DNA of 62,752 nt, the filler included, from Asterionella formosa (Eukaryota), in assembly GCA_002256025.1 (NCBI GenBank). It is 16 parts of 16 records of this genome, joined end to end, with 100 filler letters (N's around TTAATTAATTAA, not from the genome) between each part and the next. Parts side by side here need not be neighbours in the genome. Positions count along the whole stretch, not along the records: positions 60,769 to 62,752 come from NKIB01000703.1; 15 more parts are not named here. One strand, written 5' to 3'. How positions within the stretch are numbered: the first letter of the stretch is position 1; each line of letters begins with the position of its first letter. A program made the translations under genes and the position numbers. This document shows, piece by piece, positions 62,173-62,752 of the stretch. Under the pieces are notes generated by a model. The model saw only the letters and a program-made list of their open reading frames with translations, did no database searches and was not told the DNA's origin.

Positions 62173-62752
62173 GGCTTCTTGCCAATCTTGGCTATTCCAG
62201 ATAGTTGTTGTCCGCTCCGAATCAAGAAGCCGACGGGCAATGGTAGTCCATGAATCATCAATAGTAATCAGAGATAATGAAAGCCAACGTCGTGATGGTC
62301 GATTTTATAGTGTCGTTGATTGTTATTTGTACTGGCTATATACAGTAGCTACTATATATGCCTAGTATATGTTTGTCTCTTTTAAATACTACGGTACCGG
62401 CATTGTTGTTGATGCTAACTACCGGTAGCAGACTGCCGCTGGCAGTAAAGCCAAAACAGATATTCTACTTCACTAATAACCGGTACAGGCAAAACTTCAA
62501 AACGAGTTCTCGTCGCCTTATTAACACAGCGACCTGGTTACCTGGGAATAAACATAAAAACCATGAATGATGCGCATAAACTGAAAGCAGAAAAATCATT
62601 GTTATATACAAATATGTATACAAGTAAGTACCGGTAGTGCTGTCCGCCATGACAAAATAAGATTCCGTGTTTGCAGCGCCCATCACCAAAACACATCGTC
62701 ATCATACCAGTACTTCCTATGATGATGTTGATGATCAATCATTTCAACAAAA

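Overview
Eukaryotic, almost certainly diatom, draft-assembly DNA. Support: an ASAFAP plastid-targeting presequence on ispH, GT-AG introns, and CoDi/Ambal-type retroelements. The window is not one locus. It is 16 contigs joined by artificial 100-bp spacers (44 N + TTAATTAATTAA + 44 N): fifteen of about 1.99 kb and one 31.4-kb scaffold (12551-43949). The scaffold carries a TPR protein, proteasome beta-3, a membrane desaturase, Notchless/Rsa4, a 3-exon kinesin with two motor domains in one polypeptide, a 4-exon ispH and a frameshifted TALE homeobox gene. It also holds a roughly 12-kb patch of nested mobile DNA: TIR elements (one carrying a captured PPR gene fragment), an Ambal-like LINE relic, tandem repeats and a perfect palindrome. 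The short contigs hold three copies of a Copia gag-PR-IN segment, four copies of an uncharacterised repeat, Gypsy and Copia 3' ends, PIF/Harbinger-like ends, a Crypton-like tyrosine-recombinase ORF missed by the ORF track, and SIS-domain, ARM and PPR gene fragments. Family assignments rest on motif recognition only; no database searches were run.
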